DNA from: Trypanosoma brucei
Taxonomy: Eukaryota
Length of the DNA stretch: 64,000 bases
Reading direction: 5' to 3'
Assembly (NCBI GenBank): GCA_000002445.1
Contig: CP000071.1
Location: 576,001 to 640,000 of the forward strand
The notes below the pieces were generated by a model that saw nothing but the letters and a program-made list of their open reading frames with translations, was not told the DNA's origin and ran no database searches. Within the stretch, counting starts at the first letter, position 1. Every line of letters starts with the position of its first letter. Both the position numbers and the translations under genes were made by a program. This document shows positions 55,389 through 64,000 of this stretch, piece by piece.

Positions 55389-56303
55389 ATGATCGGCGAG
55401 TCAGAAGCATTCGTTAGTTTCGTATATTTAACACCTGCGGAAGGCCTTCCGTGTGAAACTGTTGATCGTTACCCGCAAGCTCAACTGAAGGAAGGAAGCT
55501 CCTGCTCTGAAACGTCTGCCTTGTCTAGGAGCGACGCTTCGGCTGAAGTCACGCCCGGTAAGGAGAATTGGGAAAGCAAGGTGTACGTAAAATTTTTCGA
55601 TGCACTTCGGAAGATAGCAAAAGTGCAGTGGTTTTCCGTTGAGGCTGGTACAAAAATGATGTACTTATACGAAATGATACGCGCCTGGCTCCCAGAGGTG
55701 ACTAACGTAGTGTGTTATACAGCCCATAGTGATAACTGGGGGAGACATTTCCCCCTTATCAAAGATGTGCTGTCACCTGGGACAGACGTTCCAGAAAGGG
55801 TCTTCTGCCAAGAGGTTTTTCTTCCACCGTGCAGAGATATGTGGAACTGGGGCATAGTTAATGTTGTTGTTATGCAACCACATGGTGATTTTACAACTGG
55901 CTATGTTCCCTTGGTGGTGCATGGATTGTTCATGCGCAGTAGGGAAACATTGGAGGAACAGATCAGTCAGATGTGCTGTACTTCGTCTGCAGAGATCAGC
56001 TACATGAGGATGCTGCCCTTGCTTAATTGTTCGATTCGTGACGGACTCGTAGAACTGACATCGTTTTTTCAAGAAAATGAGGAGGTTGAAGCTCTTTCAC
56101 AAGTGGCTGTTGTTTACCCGGCGCTTACAACTGGGGATTTGGTGTGTGCTGATGTTGAAAGTCGAGTAGGGCAAAGATACACTATGCAAGGCATGATAAA
56201 GCGTTGCCATCATAAAAATGGGATTGTTTGCTACGATGTGGAGGACACTGTTCTCGGTTACGTTGCAGAGGGCCTGACATGTGTCCAAGTTTTACCGCTG
56301 TAG
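55389..56303 (+). CDS. Hypothetical protein (304 aa)
   Basis: ORF co-oriented with the transcription unit, preceded by a CT-rich tract (55190..55250). No family recognised. Confidence 0.5.
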   Translation: MIGESEAFVSFVYLTPAEGLPCETVDRYPQAQLKEGSSCSETSALSRSDASAEVTPGKENWESKVYVKFFDALRKIAKVQWFSVEAGTKMMYLYEMIRAWLPEVTNVVCYTAHSDNWGRHFPLIKDVLSPGTDVPERVFCQEVFLPPCRDMWNWGIVNVVVMQPHGDFTTGYVPLVVHGLFMRSRETLEEQISQMCCTSSAEISYMRMLPLLNCSIRDGLVELTSFFQENEEVEALSQVAVVYPALTTGDLVCADVESRVGQRYTMQGMIKRCHHKNGIVCYDVEDTVLGYVAEGLTCVQVLPL

Positions 56304-56486
56304 GAAAACGGCGACAGTCAGTTGTTCTGCATAAGTTGTTACGTTATTTCCTTCCTCATTCATCATTTTTACTTACCCGTGTTTGTGGAATGGCTGTCAA
56401 ACGCACATGTCTAGTGCACTCTTTGCTCGTGCATTCGGAACTCTTTTTTCATTGGTGCTTCCGTGCACTGTAGGTAGGTTGAGGAC

Positions 56487-57920
56487 ATGCAAAATAAGTC
56501 TTGGGCCCTGCCTATCAAACAAGTTCCTGTTGTGGAGAAGCTTGACCGGTCTATTGTGTGGAACAATGTTCGCTTATGCTATGAGCAAAAGCTTTTCGGT
56601 CAGATCTCGTGCATTCGGTACAACAATGCTGGGACGGTCGTTGGTTGTGCCTCTACAAACCAGCTCTCCCTTTTACGAGTACCCCAGACAGAGGGCGTGA
56701 TTACTAACGAACAGCGCGAGAGGAAATGTTTCTCGCTTCGGTTCAGGGATGACGACAAAATGACTATTATGTCTGTTGACCAACGTGTTGTTATTCGGTC
56801 AACCGAAACGCTGTTCGAACGGCAGTTTCCTGGCCATGTTAGGGAGGTACGAGACGCTCTTTTTCTTGATCGCCGCAGCTTTGTGTCTGGAAGTGATGAC
56901 ACAACTATAAAACTCTGGGATGTTATGGGCGAGTGTGAACTAGCTGTGGGAAAAGCTCACACCGACTACGTGCGTTGTCTCGAAAACCGCTCACCAGGCT
57001 GCTTCTTCAGTGGCTCTTATGACCACGTTATCAACTTGTGGGACACACGGGCTGGGTTTTCGTGCCCGACTCAGACAAGCGGCCAAGCAGTTCCGAACCC
57101 TGTCGAGTCATTACTTTGCTTGGACACCAACCTACTGGTTTGTGGCGCGTCCGACCAAATAATACTATTCGATATCCGAAAAGGTCTTTCGTTGCCTCTT
57201 ACTCAGGATTCTTACCATACAAAGACCGTGGTTGCGCTTGGCTACTCCAAAAAATACAACGTGCTTCTCAGTGGGTCACTCGATCAACGAGTGAAAATAT
57301 TTTCCCTAGAGAGAGGATGCCCGGACCCTGTTGCCAGTAAAAAGTTTGACGCTCCGGTAACCGCGGTGGCGGTTCACCCTCGTTCGTCCGAATTTGCTGT
57401 GGGCACGGCGAGCGGCGACCTTCGTATCATGAAACTGGGAAGCGCTTCTGATGGAGACGAGATGGGTGGTGGGAAAGACGAGGAAAGTAGGGGGCGCCAA
57501 AAAGATGAGGAGCTCATAGCTATGAAAGTAAATGATGTGCGTCGTCAGCTTGTATCCTATCAGTACAACCGGGCATTGAAGACTGCGCTTTACTCTCGTC
57601 ATGCCGACGTCGTGGTTTCCACTCTTGAAGAACTTCTTCGCCGCGGGGCGTTGCACGTGGCATTGAGTGGTCAAAATGATAGGACGATAGCGCGCATCCT
57701 TCGTTTTGCGCTCGGTTTTATTGACACCCCACAATTCTGTGAGTCAATGATGGTCGTGTTGGACACGATCTTCGATATCTATGGAACGTGCGTGGGCAAA
57801 AGTATATTTTTGCATAGGGAACTGATGAAGGCCCATCGCCGGCTCGGCAGTGTCCTTGCAAACCTCCAAAGAATGGCGGGCACACTGAGTATAATGGAGT
57901 TAATAGTAAATGACGTATAA
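56487..57920 (+). CDS. UTP15: U3 snoRNP / SSU processome protein UTP15-like (WD40 repeats plus UTP15 C-terminal domain)
   Basis: WD repeats (SGSDDTTIKLWDV, SGSYDHVINLWDTRAG, SGSLDQRVKIFS). Collinear matches to UTP15: TDYVRCLENRSPGCFFSGSYDH (cf. [24 protein letters not shown]) and HTKTVVALGYSKKYNVLLSGSLDQRVK (cf. [27 protein letters not shown]). Confidence 0.75.
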   Translation: MQNKSWALPIKQVPVVEKLDRSIVWNNVRLCYEQKLFGQISCIRYNNAGTVVGCASTNQLSLLRVPQTEGVITNEQRERKCFSLRFRDDDKMTIMSVDQRVVIRSTETLFERQFPGHVREVRDALFLDRRSFVSGSDDTTIKLWDVMGECELAVGKAHTDYVRCLENRSPGCFFSGSYDHVINLWDTRAGFSCPTQTSGQAVPNPVESLLCLDTNLLVCGASDQIILFDIRKGLSLPLTQDSYHTKTVVALGYSKKYNVLLSGSLDQRVKIFSLERGCPDPVASKKFDAPVTAVAVHPRSSEFAVGTASGDLRIMKLGSASDGDEMGGGKDEESRGRQKDEELIAMKVNDVRRQLVSYQYNRALKTALYSRHADVVVSTLEELLRRGALHVALSGQNDRTIARILRFALGFIDTPQFCESMMVVLDTIFDIYGTCVGKSIFLHRELMKAHRRLGSVLANLQRMAGTLSIMELIVNDV

Positions 57921-58172
57921 GGAGCGTTAAACAGGAAGTAATAATCGTGGATTTGCGATGCACCTAGTTGAGTTCTACCCGTCACGCAGCCGTAAGACGT
58001 GGCGGTTCCCTAAGACTTGCTGCGAAATAGTTTTTCGCAGCCGCTTGTTTTTACTGCACCCATCAAACTGATTGCACGGTCTACTATGCTCTATTTAGGA
58101 GGACAATCAAAAACGATAAGGGGTAAAGTTACTTTAAAATAAAGACAAAGTATTGCTAAAGGGAAAAAGAAA

Positions 58173-58853
58173 ATGCTTCGCCGTTTCTCCATGTTGCCAT
58201 TATCTGGTGGCATTGCCCGCCGCTCCTTCTTCCGGACGGCACCACTGTTTAACCTCGACTATCAGGCATACCGAACAGCTACTGTACGCGAAGCAGCGCC
58301 TGAGTTCGCTGGAAAGGCTGTGGTGGACGGAAAGATCAAGGACATCAGCATGAACGACTACAAGGGAAAATATATTGTTCTCTTTTTCTACCCTCTTGAC
58401 TTCACGTTTGTCTGCCCAACGGAAATTGTTTCCTTCTCAGATTCTCACGCTGAGTTTGAAAAACTGAACACGCAAGTCATAGCCGTGTCCTGTGACAGTC
58501 ACTTTTCACATCTCGCGTGGGTTGAAACTCCCCGAAAAAAGGGGGGTCTGGGAGAAATGAAGATTCCCTTGCTATCCGACTTCACAAAGGAGATATCTCG
58601 GGACTATGGGGTGTTGGTCGAAGAACAGGGACTTTCACTGCGCGCTTTGTTCGTCATTGATGACAAAGGGATTCTTCGCCATGTGACCATCAACGATTTG
58701 CCCGTCGGTCGGAATGTTGACGAGGTGCTCCGCGTCGTGCAAGCGTTCCAATACGCCGATAAGACTGGCGACGTTATTCCTTGCAACTGGAAGCCAGGGA
58801 AGGAGACGATGAAGGTGGAAGCAGCGAAGGAATACTTTGAGAAGAATCTATAG
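58173..58853 (+). CDS. mTXNPx: Mitochondrial-type 2-Cys peroxiredoxin (tryparedoxin peroxidase)
   Basis: Peroxidatic Cys motif FTFVCPTEI and resolving Cys motif VIPCNWKPG. ~35-aa N-terminal presequence-like extension ([24 protein letters not shown]); 226 aa. Confidence 0.9.
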   Translation: MLRRFSMLPLSGGIARRSFFRTAPLFNLDYQAYRTATVREAAPEFAGKAVVDGKIKDISMNDYKGKYIVLFFYPLDFTFVCPTEIVSFSDSHAEFEKLNTQVIAVSCDSHFSHLAWVETPRKKGGLGEMKIPLLSDFTKEISRDYGVLVEEQGLSLRALFVIDDKGILRHVTINDLPVGRNVDEVLRVVQAFQYADKTGDVIPCNWKPGKETMKVEAAKEYFEKNL

Positions 58854-59126
58854 GAAATAACATCTTTCTGGGGCACCGGTGTTGGGGGAACTCTTGTCTC
58901 ACACGGGCATAAACTTACACAAGATTGAATATTTCTGTGTTAACTGTATCTTGGCTTGGCTATTCAAGCCATGGGTATGTAGTTTTGTTTTTGCCCCGGT
59001 CGCGGCCACCTACTGTGCCAGCTTGCTGGTGCAGCTACGATGGGGAGGGAAAAAGGTGAAAAAAATACCCAGTGAGAGGTGACAGTTTTACAGGAGCATA
59101 ATACAACGCCCGTATATATAAATACG

Positions 59127-59160
59127 TTTTTTTTTTCTTTTATTGTGTGTGTGTGTGTTG
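59127..59160 (+). promoter_or_regulatory. Polypyrimidine tract plus (TG)8 upstream of the cyclophilin gene (trans-splicing/polyadenylation signal region)
   Basis: T-run then ttttattgtgtgtgtgtgtgttg, followed by AG dinucleotides at ~59170..59180. Confidence 0.55.
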
Positions 59161-59331
59161 AGGTGTTGCTCTGAGCTGGGAAAGTGAGATGGGGGAACAA
59201 AACCCGGAGCGGCTATGCTAAAGAGCCCGCAAAATTTTCGGAAGTGTGGTCTGTTATTTGTGTCAACGTTTGATTTTTTGTATGCGTGTAACCTCTTTCC
59301 CCCCGTTTTATTTTCTTCAGGTAAGGAGTCA

Positions 59332-60120
59332 ATGCCCAAGGTAAGCGTCCCACCTAAGACGGAGCGCCACGGGAAGATCGAGGCGCCAGAGACTAATAAT
59401 CCCAAAGTCTTCTTTGATGTGTCTATAAATGAGAAAGCAGCGGGACGGATTGTTATGGAATTGTACGCGGACACTGTGCCGAGGACAGCGGAGAATTTCC
59501 GTGCACTATGCACGGGCGAGAAGGGTCGTGGGAAGAGTGGAAAGCCGCTGCATTACAAGGGGTGCATTTTCCACCGAGTTATACCAGGTTTCATGCTACA
59601 AGGGGGTGACATCACACGTGGAAATGGCACCGGTGGAGAGTCCATATACGGCACAACGTTTCGTGACGAGAGTTTTGCCGGAAAAGCCGGAAAGCATACC
59701 GGACTCGGTTGCCTGTCCATGGCTAACGCGGGACCCAACACCAACGGTTCGCAGTTTTTCATCTGTACAGCCAACACACCGTGGTTGAACGGAAAGCACG
59801 TTGTGTTTGGTCGTGTTACTGAGGGAATTGACGTGGTGAAGAGCATTGAACGGTTGGGTTCCGATTCGGGGAAAACGCGCGGTCGAATCATCATCGCGAA
59901 TTGTGGTGAGCTGCAGACGCAGAAGGAAGGTGCAGCCAAAAAGGAGAAGGTTAAGGCGAAGGAAGGAAACAATGCAGGGAAGCTGTCCACCATTGTCGAA
60001 GGGACCGGTGGAGCAAAGCGTCCACGTGAAGATGTGGAGGATTTGGAAGAACGGAAGAAACGCATCCGAGAGAAGAGGGAGAGGATAGCGAAACTCCGCG
60101 CCCAGGCGGAAGAGAAATAA
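59332..60120 (+). CDS. Cyclophilin-type peptidyl-prolyl cis-trans isomerase with Lys/Glu-rich C-terminal tail
   Basis: Canonical CYP domain ([10 protein letters not shown]...[20 protein letters not shown]...[13 protein letters not shown]...[11 protein letters not shown]). An in-frame upstream ATG at 59215 would add a 39-aa hydrophobic extension. A 10-codon uORF starts at ~59188. Confidence 0.8.
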   Translation: MPKVSVPPKTERHGKIEAPETNNPKVFFDVSINEKAAGRIVMELYADTVPRTAENFRALCTGEKGRGKSGKPLHYKGCIFHRVIPGFMLQGGDITRGNGTGGESIYGTTFRDESFAGKAGKHTGLGCLSMANAGPNTNGSQFFICTANTPWLNGKHVVFGRVTEGIDVVKSIERLGSDSGKTRGRIIIANCGELQTQKEGAAKKEKVKAKEGNNAGKLSTIVEGTGGAKRPREDVEDLEERKKRIREKRERIAKLRAQAEEK

Positions 60121-60420
60121 GCGGGAAAAACCGACGTATGGTGGTGCTGTATGAAGGGCATTATCTTGAAATGAACACGCCACGGGGAGGGGGATATCAA
60201 GATCACGTTTAACACTTATTTGATTACTATTTCACCAGGCAACCTTCTTGACCCCTCCTTTTCACCTTAACAGTCTAAAGGAAAAGGATGTGGGAGGCAT
60301 CATCGCGATCGCTTTATTCCCACAGACCCTTTCCCACCTGTGACATCCATCTCTGTCTTTCCCTTTCCTCATCCGCATCATTCCTTTCTTTAGTAAATCA
60401 GATATATCATTGCTGGTCCC

Positions 60421-60981
60421 ATGCTGAGGGGAAGGTGGGGTATTTTCCAATGTACGTTGATATTCCGCGCGAGCTTTCATGATGTGAGGTCGAAGAAAAT
60501 GTGGGAGCGGCGACAAAGGGAGTTGCAAAAAGCTGGGGAGCAGATGGAATTAGATGAGGATGTGACGCCACCACCAAGTATACCGCGATCATCGAGGGTA
60601 GCAACCCGTGACGAAAGCTGTGAAGGGGATAAGGAAGCCATGTTGGCGCTTCTCCAAGAGCAATGGCAGCGCCGAGTTGCCCGCCGAGAAGCTTTTATCC
60701 AGTGGCAAGCAGGGCAGCGTGAAAAGGGTGCGGCACAGCGGCTGGTGCGCCAGGCCAAAACACAAGAGAAATTCAAGTCTCATCGTTACCACACACAAAG
60801 TGGGAGGATCATTTCTGTGGGCCTCGCCCGGGAAGACGGCACAAGTAGTAATTCTGACGCCTCTGTTGACTTGTACTCGGTGGGAATGTGCGGCTCCCAG
60901 CTGCGTTCTGCTGACTTTCTTGTCCAACCTGGTTCTCGAAACACCCATGGAACCGTCAACCTTGTTCTTCAGAAGCGGTGA
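60421..60981 (+). CDS. Hypothetical protein (186 aa maximal ORF; alternative start at 60499, MWERRQRELQ...)
   Basis: ORF co-oriented with the transcription unit. Gln/Arg-rich predicted helix. No family recognised. Confidence 0.4.
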   Translation: MLRGRWGIFQCTLIFRASFHDVRSKKMWERRQRELQKAGEQMELDEDVTPPPSIPRSSRVATRDESCEGDKEAMLALLQEQWQRRVARREAFIQWQAGQREKGAAQRLVRQAKTQEKFKSHRYHTQSGRIISVGLAREDGTSSNSDASVDLYSVGMCGSQLRSADFLVQPGSRNTHGTVNLVLQKR

Positions 60982-61160
60982 GGTTGCATTTGTCAAAGGG
61001 GAGAGAAACCACGGTCTGCCCCACGCTACTTGTAGCACTTTTTTCTTCTTCCACACTTTGTTATGTCGAAAAGAAGTGGGGGAAACTACACATATGTGTG
61101 TGCTACCTGCCGGAGGCTGCGTAAAGCTACAACGATGGACTATTCTTTAGCTTTAATACC

Positions 61161-61223
61161 GTTCTTGTTTTCTCTTTTTTTCTCGTGGCACTTCCCCATT
61201 TTTTTGCCCCTATTTTGTGGGGG
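61161..61223 (+). promoter_or_regulatory. Polypyrimidine tract upstream of the arginase-like gene
   Basis: gttcttgttttctctttttttctcgtggcacttccccatttttttgcccctattttgtg. Confidence 0.55.
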
Positions 61224-61306
61224 CAAAGTGATTTGGTGGCAGTTACTGTCATCGTGCTAACCACATTCTAAGCGCGACCAAAGTCAAGCTAACGTGCATA
61301 TATGGG

Positions 61307-62308
61307 TTGCACATGTTCTCCAAGTTCCTGATGAACGTTAAGGGTGTGACGCCCCGTGGGAGCGATTGGGCCAATCGACTCGGTCCTGTGGCTCTCTTTG
61401 GTTACGGGGCAGGCATGCCACGGCGGGCTCCACTCCTAGACTTTTTTCTTCAATCACCACGCGACTGTGACCATTACGCGGAGTTAACTATTCATGATAA
61501 GGGCCCAATTGAGTGCCCTCCTGAAACTGTTATGTTTATGCCCGTTTTAAATTGTGGTCAAATGTTGGATGAAGCAGCGGGAACAGAGACTCCCACAAGC
61601 GACGAGTGGTACCTGGGATCACTCGAGGCGTCAACGGAGCTGTTAGAAAAGGGCTATGTTCCGGTCAGCGTGGGCGGGGATGGCTCAGCGACGCTTTCAA
61701 TGGTTGAGGCGTACAAGCGACTGTTCCCATCTGACGACATTGTTATTGTTCACTTTTCGGCACGTCCATCTGTGAGCGACCCACGGTCGCCGCTGAGAGT
61801 GCTTTTGGATAAGGGGTTGCTAAAGGGCGTTGTTAGCGTGGGTAACCGTCAAGTGTCATCGGAGGACAGGAAGGTTCGGAAGCTTCATAAGATGTTTTAC
61901 ATGGATATGCACGCCATATACTCCAAGGGACTTTTTTGCATACGTGATATCAGGAATGACTACCCCGTTTTCATAAGCATTGATGCCAGCGTGTTAGACC
62001 CCGCGTTTGCCCCCGCCGTTGACAGCCCCGTTGCTGGAGGGCTCTCGACACGCGATTTGCTTCACATAATGAACGGCATCCGTGGACCCAAGGTGGTAGG
62101 AATTGACGTTTACGGCTACAACCCCGACCTTGATGTGTACAGGAAGGACAATGTCGGCCTTACCGCAATTGCGTTATCGAAAATAATAAAAGAGGGAATA
62201 CTTAAGGCATACAGCATATCGACTCACACGGAGGAAGAGGGGATGGAACGGGTTAAGATGCTACAGCGTCAGGGGACCGTCTCTGAAAATCCGTACCCCG
62301 ATCATTGA
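61307..62308 (+). CDS. Arginase/agmatinase-fold (ureohydrolase) protein with degenerate metal-binding motifs (arginase-like protein)
   Basis: Ureohydrolase fold blocks are present but the ligands are substituted. GGDGS replaces GGDHS. DMHAIYS replaces DAHxDxN. SIDASVLDPAFAP replaces SxDxDxxDP. 333 aa. Confidence 0.85.
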   Translation: MHMFSKFLMNVKGVTPRGSDWANRLGPVALFGYGAGMPRRAPLLDFFLQSPRDCDHYAELTIHDKGPIECPPETVMFMPVLNCGQMLDEAAGTETPTSDEWYLGSLEASTELLEKGYVPVSVGGDGSATLSMVEAYKRLFPSDDIVIVHFSARPSVSDPRSPLRVLLDKGLLKGVVSVGNRQVSSEDRKVRKLHKMFYMDMHAIYSKGLFCIRDIRNDYPVFISIDASVLDPAFAPAVDSPVAGGLSTRDLLHIMNGIRGPKVVGIDVYGYNPDLDVYRKDNVGLTAIALSKIIKEGILKAYSISTHTEEEGMERVKMLQRQGTVSENPYPDH

Positions 62309-62853
62309 GTCATTCAAGGCTGCGTCAGTTTCGGATCTCGCTGCGGTACCGCTTACCGCGATATCACTGTTTCGGGAGTGGTGTCGTATTATTTTTTTTT
62401 GTTACCGTTCTTGGACTTCGTGGTTCTTATTTTGCTCAGGTCTTACTTCCTTTCGTTTAGTGATCCGCGACTTCTTACTCCAGTAGCTACATCTTGTTAT
62501 TGGATCCATGCACGTTTACTCCCACATTTGCACAGGTTCTTACTCTTTCCCATTGTCTCCCTTCGTCCATCAAATTCAACTTTTTGTTAAACACCGGATA
62601 CTCTTCTGCTTTACTACCCACCTGCAATTATCATTCGATCCTCAAAATAGCCACGTAGTGATAAAACATTATTTATCAGTTTTCAGGTTGTGGAGGATTC
62701 AAGAGGAAATATTTAAGCACAAGGGACGGTGGAGAGAAGAAAGGTATAGCAATAGCATAGAGTAGGGTCATATACTCATATATTTCGCCAGGGAGAAACT
62801 AAGGGGAGGCCTGTAAAAGATATACAAGGGACACATCTTGAAAGGGGCTGCAA

Positions 62854-64000
62854 ATGGCCGATTCAAATGCTGTCGTGGAACACCGGGAGGAGTCTGATGT
62901 AAACATCCAACTTGAGCAACGGAGAAGTCAGGTGCGGGGCCTCGAGATCCAACTGACGAGAAAGGAGGCCGAGCTCCGCCGCGCAAAGGAAGAACAGGCG
63001 CTTCTGAAGGAGCTTCACGCGGTGAATGAGGTGACGCTTCGCAAGAAGCAGCAGAAGGAGTCCGATGGCGCTGGAAGTCGTCTCAAGATCCCTCGGGAGT
63101 CGTTGGATGAAATTCTTCGCCTCGAAGGTGAAATTAAATGTGCGAACAGGCGCACCGTTGAGCTGCAAAATGAGGCCAGCACAACGTCCGTCCAGCTGAA
63201 CGATGTGGAAAAAGGAATTGAAAGCATATGTAACCGTACAGCCCTGGTGAAGCAGGTAACCGGGTGGATAAGTTCCGGCAGTCAATCAAGCAGTGTAGTT
63301 GGAGTGTCGAGCGAGTGGATAATGAGAAAAAAGGTTTTGACGGAGCTTCAGGATGAACAGAACGCCATTAAGGCATTGACAGCGCTATTGGACAAGCAGG
63401 CTGAATTTTACACAAAGCGGCTGGAAGAACAGAGGACCAAGGACGAGGAATTCGCCGAGGCACAGCGCGTCCTTCGTGAGAAAACTGTTCAGTACGAAAA
63501 TCTGCTGGGTGAACTGAAGTCTTTCGAACGCCTTACGAAGAAGAAGGAGCGCCTTCTCGATACCGCTAGTGGGAAGGTGACCGATGATTACAAGACCGTT
63601 AAGATGATTGAGGGAGACAAAAAAGTTTTGTACGCCAACTTGTCCAAACTTCAGGAGGCAAATGTAAGGAACTCAAAGTCAATCCTCTCCCTTGAGATGC
63701 GTCTACGACAGCTGGAGACCAAACTCGAGGCAGTAAACCTCTTCCTGCAGCAGGTGTTCGCGGACGTTGAAGAAGAGGACGAGCACATCGAAAATATACC
63801 TGAGGGTGCCACTGAGGTACCACTTGAGCAGTTCGAGGAACTTTGCCGGGAGCTAGAACTCTCTCGTGCCACGCTTCTTCATCGTGAAGAGCAACTCAAT
63901 GCCGGTGACGCGAAGGTTGAGCAACTAGAGCGGAAGACCACAATTCTCGAAAATGCCATCGCTTCTCACGCTGTATCAGCTCAACTTCAGGTGAAGGGTA
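62854..64000 (+). CDS. Coiled-coil protein, 5' partial in window (continues beyond 64000)
   Basis: Open reading frame from ATG 62854 with no stop to the window end (382 codons). Heptad-rich Glu/Lys/Leu/Gln composition (LEQRRSQVRGLEIQLTRKEAELRRAKEEQALLKEL...). The ORF track omits it because it is unterminated. Confidence 0.6.
   Translation, partial: MADSNAVVEHREESDVNIQLEQRRSQVRGLEIQLTRKEAELRRAKEEQALLKELHAVNEVTLRKKQQKESDGAGSRLKIPRESLDEILRLEGEIKCANRRTVELQNEASTTSVQLNDVEKGIESICNRTALVKQVTGWISSGSQSSSVVGVSSEWIMRKKVLTELQDEQNAIKALTALLDKQAEFYTKRLEEQRTKDEEFAEAQRVLREKTVQYENLLGELKSFERLTKKKERLLDTASGKVTDDYKTVKMIEGDKKVLYANLSKLQEANVRNSKSILSLEMRLRQLETKLEAVNLFLQQVFADVEEEDEHIENIPEGATEVPLEQFEELCRELELSRATLLHREEQLNAGDAKVEQLERKTTILENAIASHAVSAQLQVKG

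Noticed and set aside
1-64000. Search for prokaryotic-style systems (CRISPR arrays, operons with RBS, IS/transposase ORFs, phage genes) and for trypanosome retroelements (ingi/RIME/SLACS RT or endonuclease ORFs), VSG/ESAG/RHS genes
   Set aside because: No direct-repeat/spacer arrays, no RT/transposase/integrase-like ORFs, and no VSG/ESAG-like cysteine patterns were found. The window looks like housekeeping chromosome core.

Overview
The window reads as a core chromosomal region of a kinetoplastid, most likely an African trypanosome. Composition and gene content resemble Trypanosoma brucei. Gene order is consistent with what I recall of T. brucei chromosome 8 around the cytochrome c1 / DOT1A / mitochondrial tryparedoxin peroxidase / arginase-like locus; this is from memory and unverified. 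I found no prokaryotic-type systems (CRISPR, operons, IS elements) and no credible retroelement ORFs. Genes sit in two head-to-head polycistronic transcription units. About 19 CDS lie on the minus strand from ~48.1 kb down to position 1. About 10 CDS lie on the plus strand from ~50.5 kb to the window end, where a coiled-coil gene runs off the edge. The two units diverge from a ~2.45 kb strand-switch region at 48104..50550. That region holds a GC-rich island and strand-asymmetric GT-rich tracts on each template strand, as expected for a Pol II transcription start region. Intergenic regions are long (up to ~3 kb in the left 13 kb), AT-rich and low-complexity, with (TA)n, (CT)n, a (CCACTT)n hexamer array and long poly-C/T/A runs. 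Gene calls are ORF-based. True start codons in trypanosomatids depend on the trans-splice site, so 5' ends are approximate. Products I recognise are listed here. An anamorsin-like Fe-S domain protein, a STE7-like kinase, a PLAC8-like protein, a TAPT1-like protein and an SCP2-thiolase-like protein. MnmA/MTU1, a 2063-aa Sec7 ARF-GEF, a MICU1-like EF-hand protein, presequence protease (M16C), cytochrome c1, an M20 ArgE-like peptidase, a DOT1 methyltransferase and ISY1. A TM9SF nonaspanin, UTP15, a mitochondrial-type 2-Cys peroxiredoxin, a cyclophilin and an arginase-like protein with degenerate metal-binding motifs. I could not confidently identify any tRNA, snRNA or rRNA gene.
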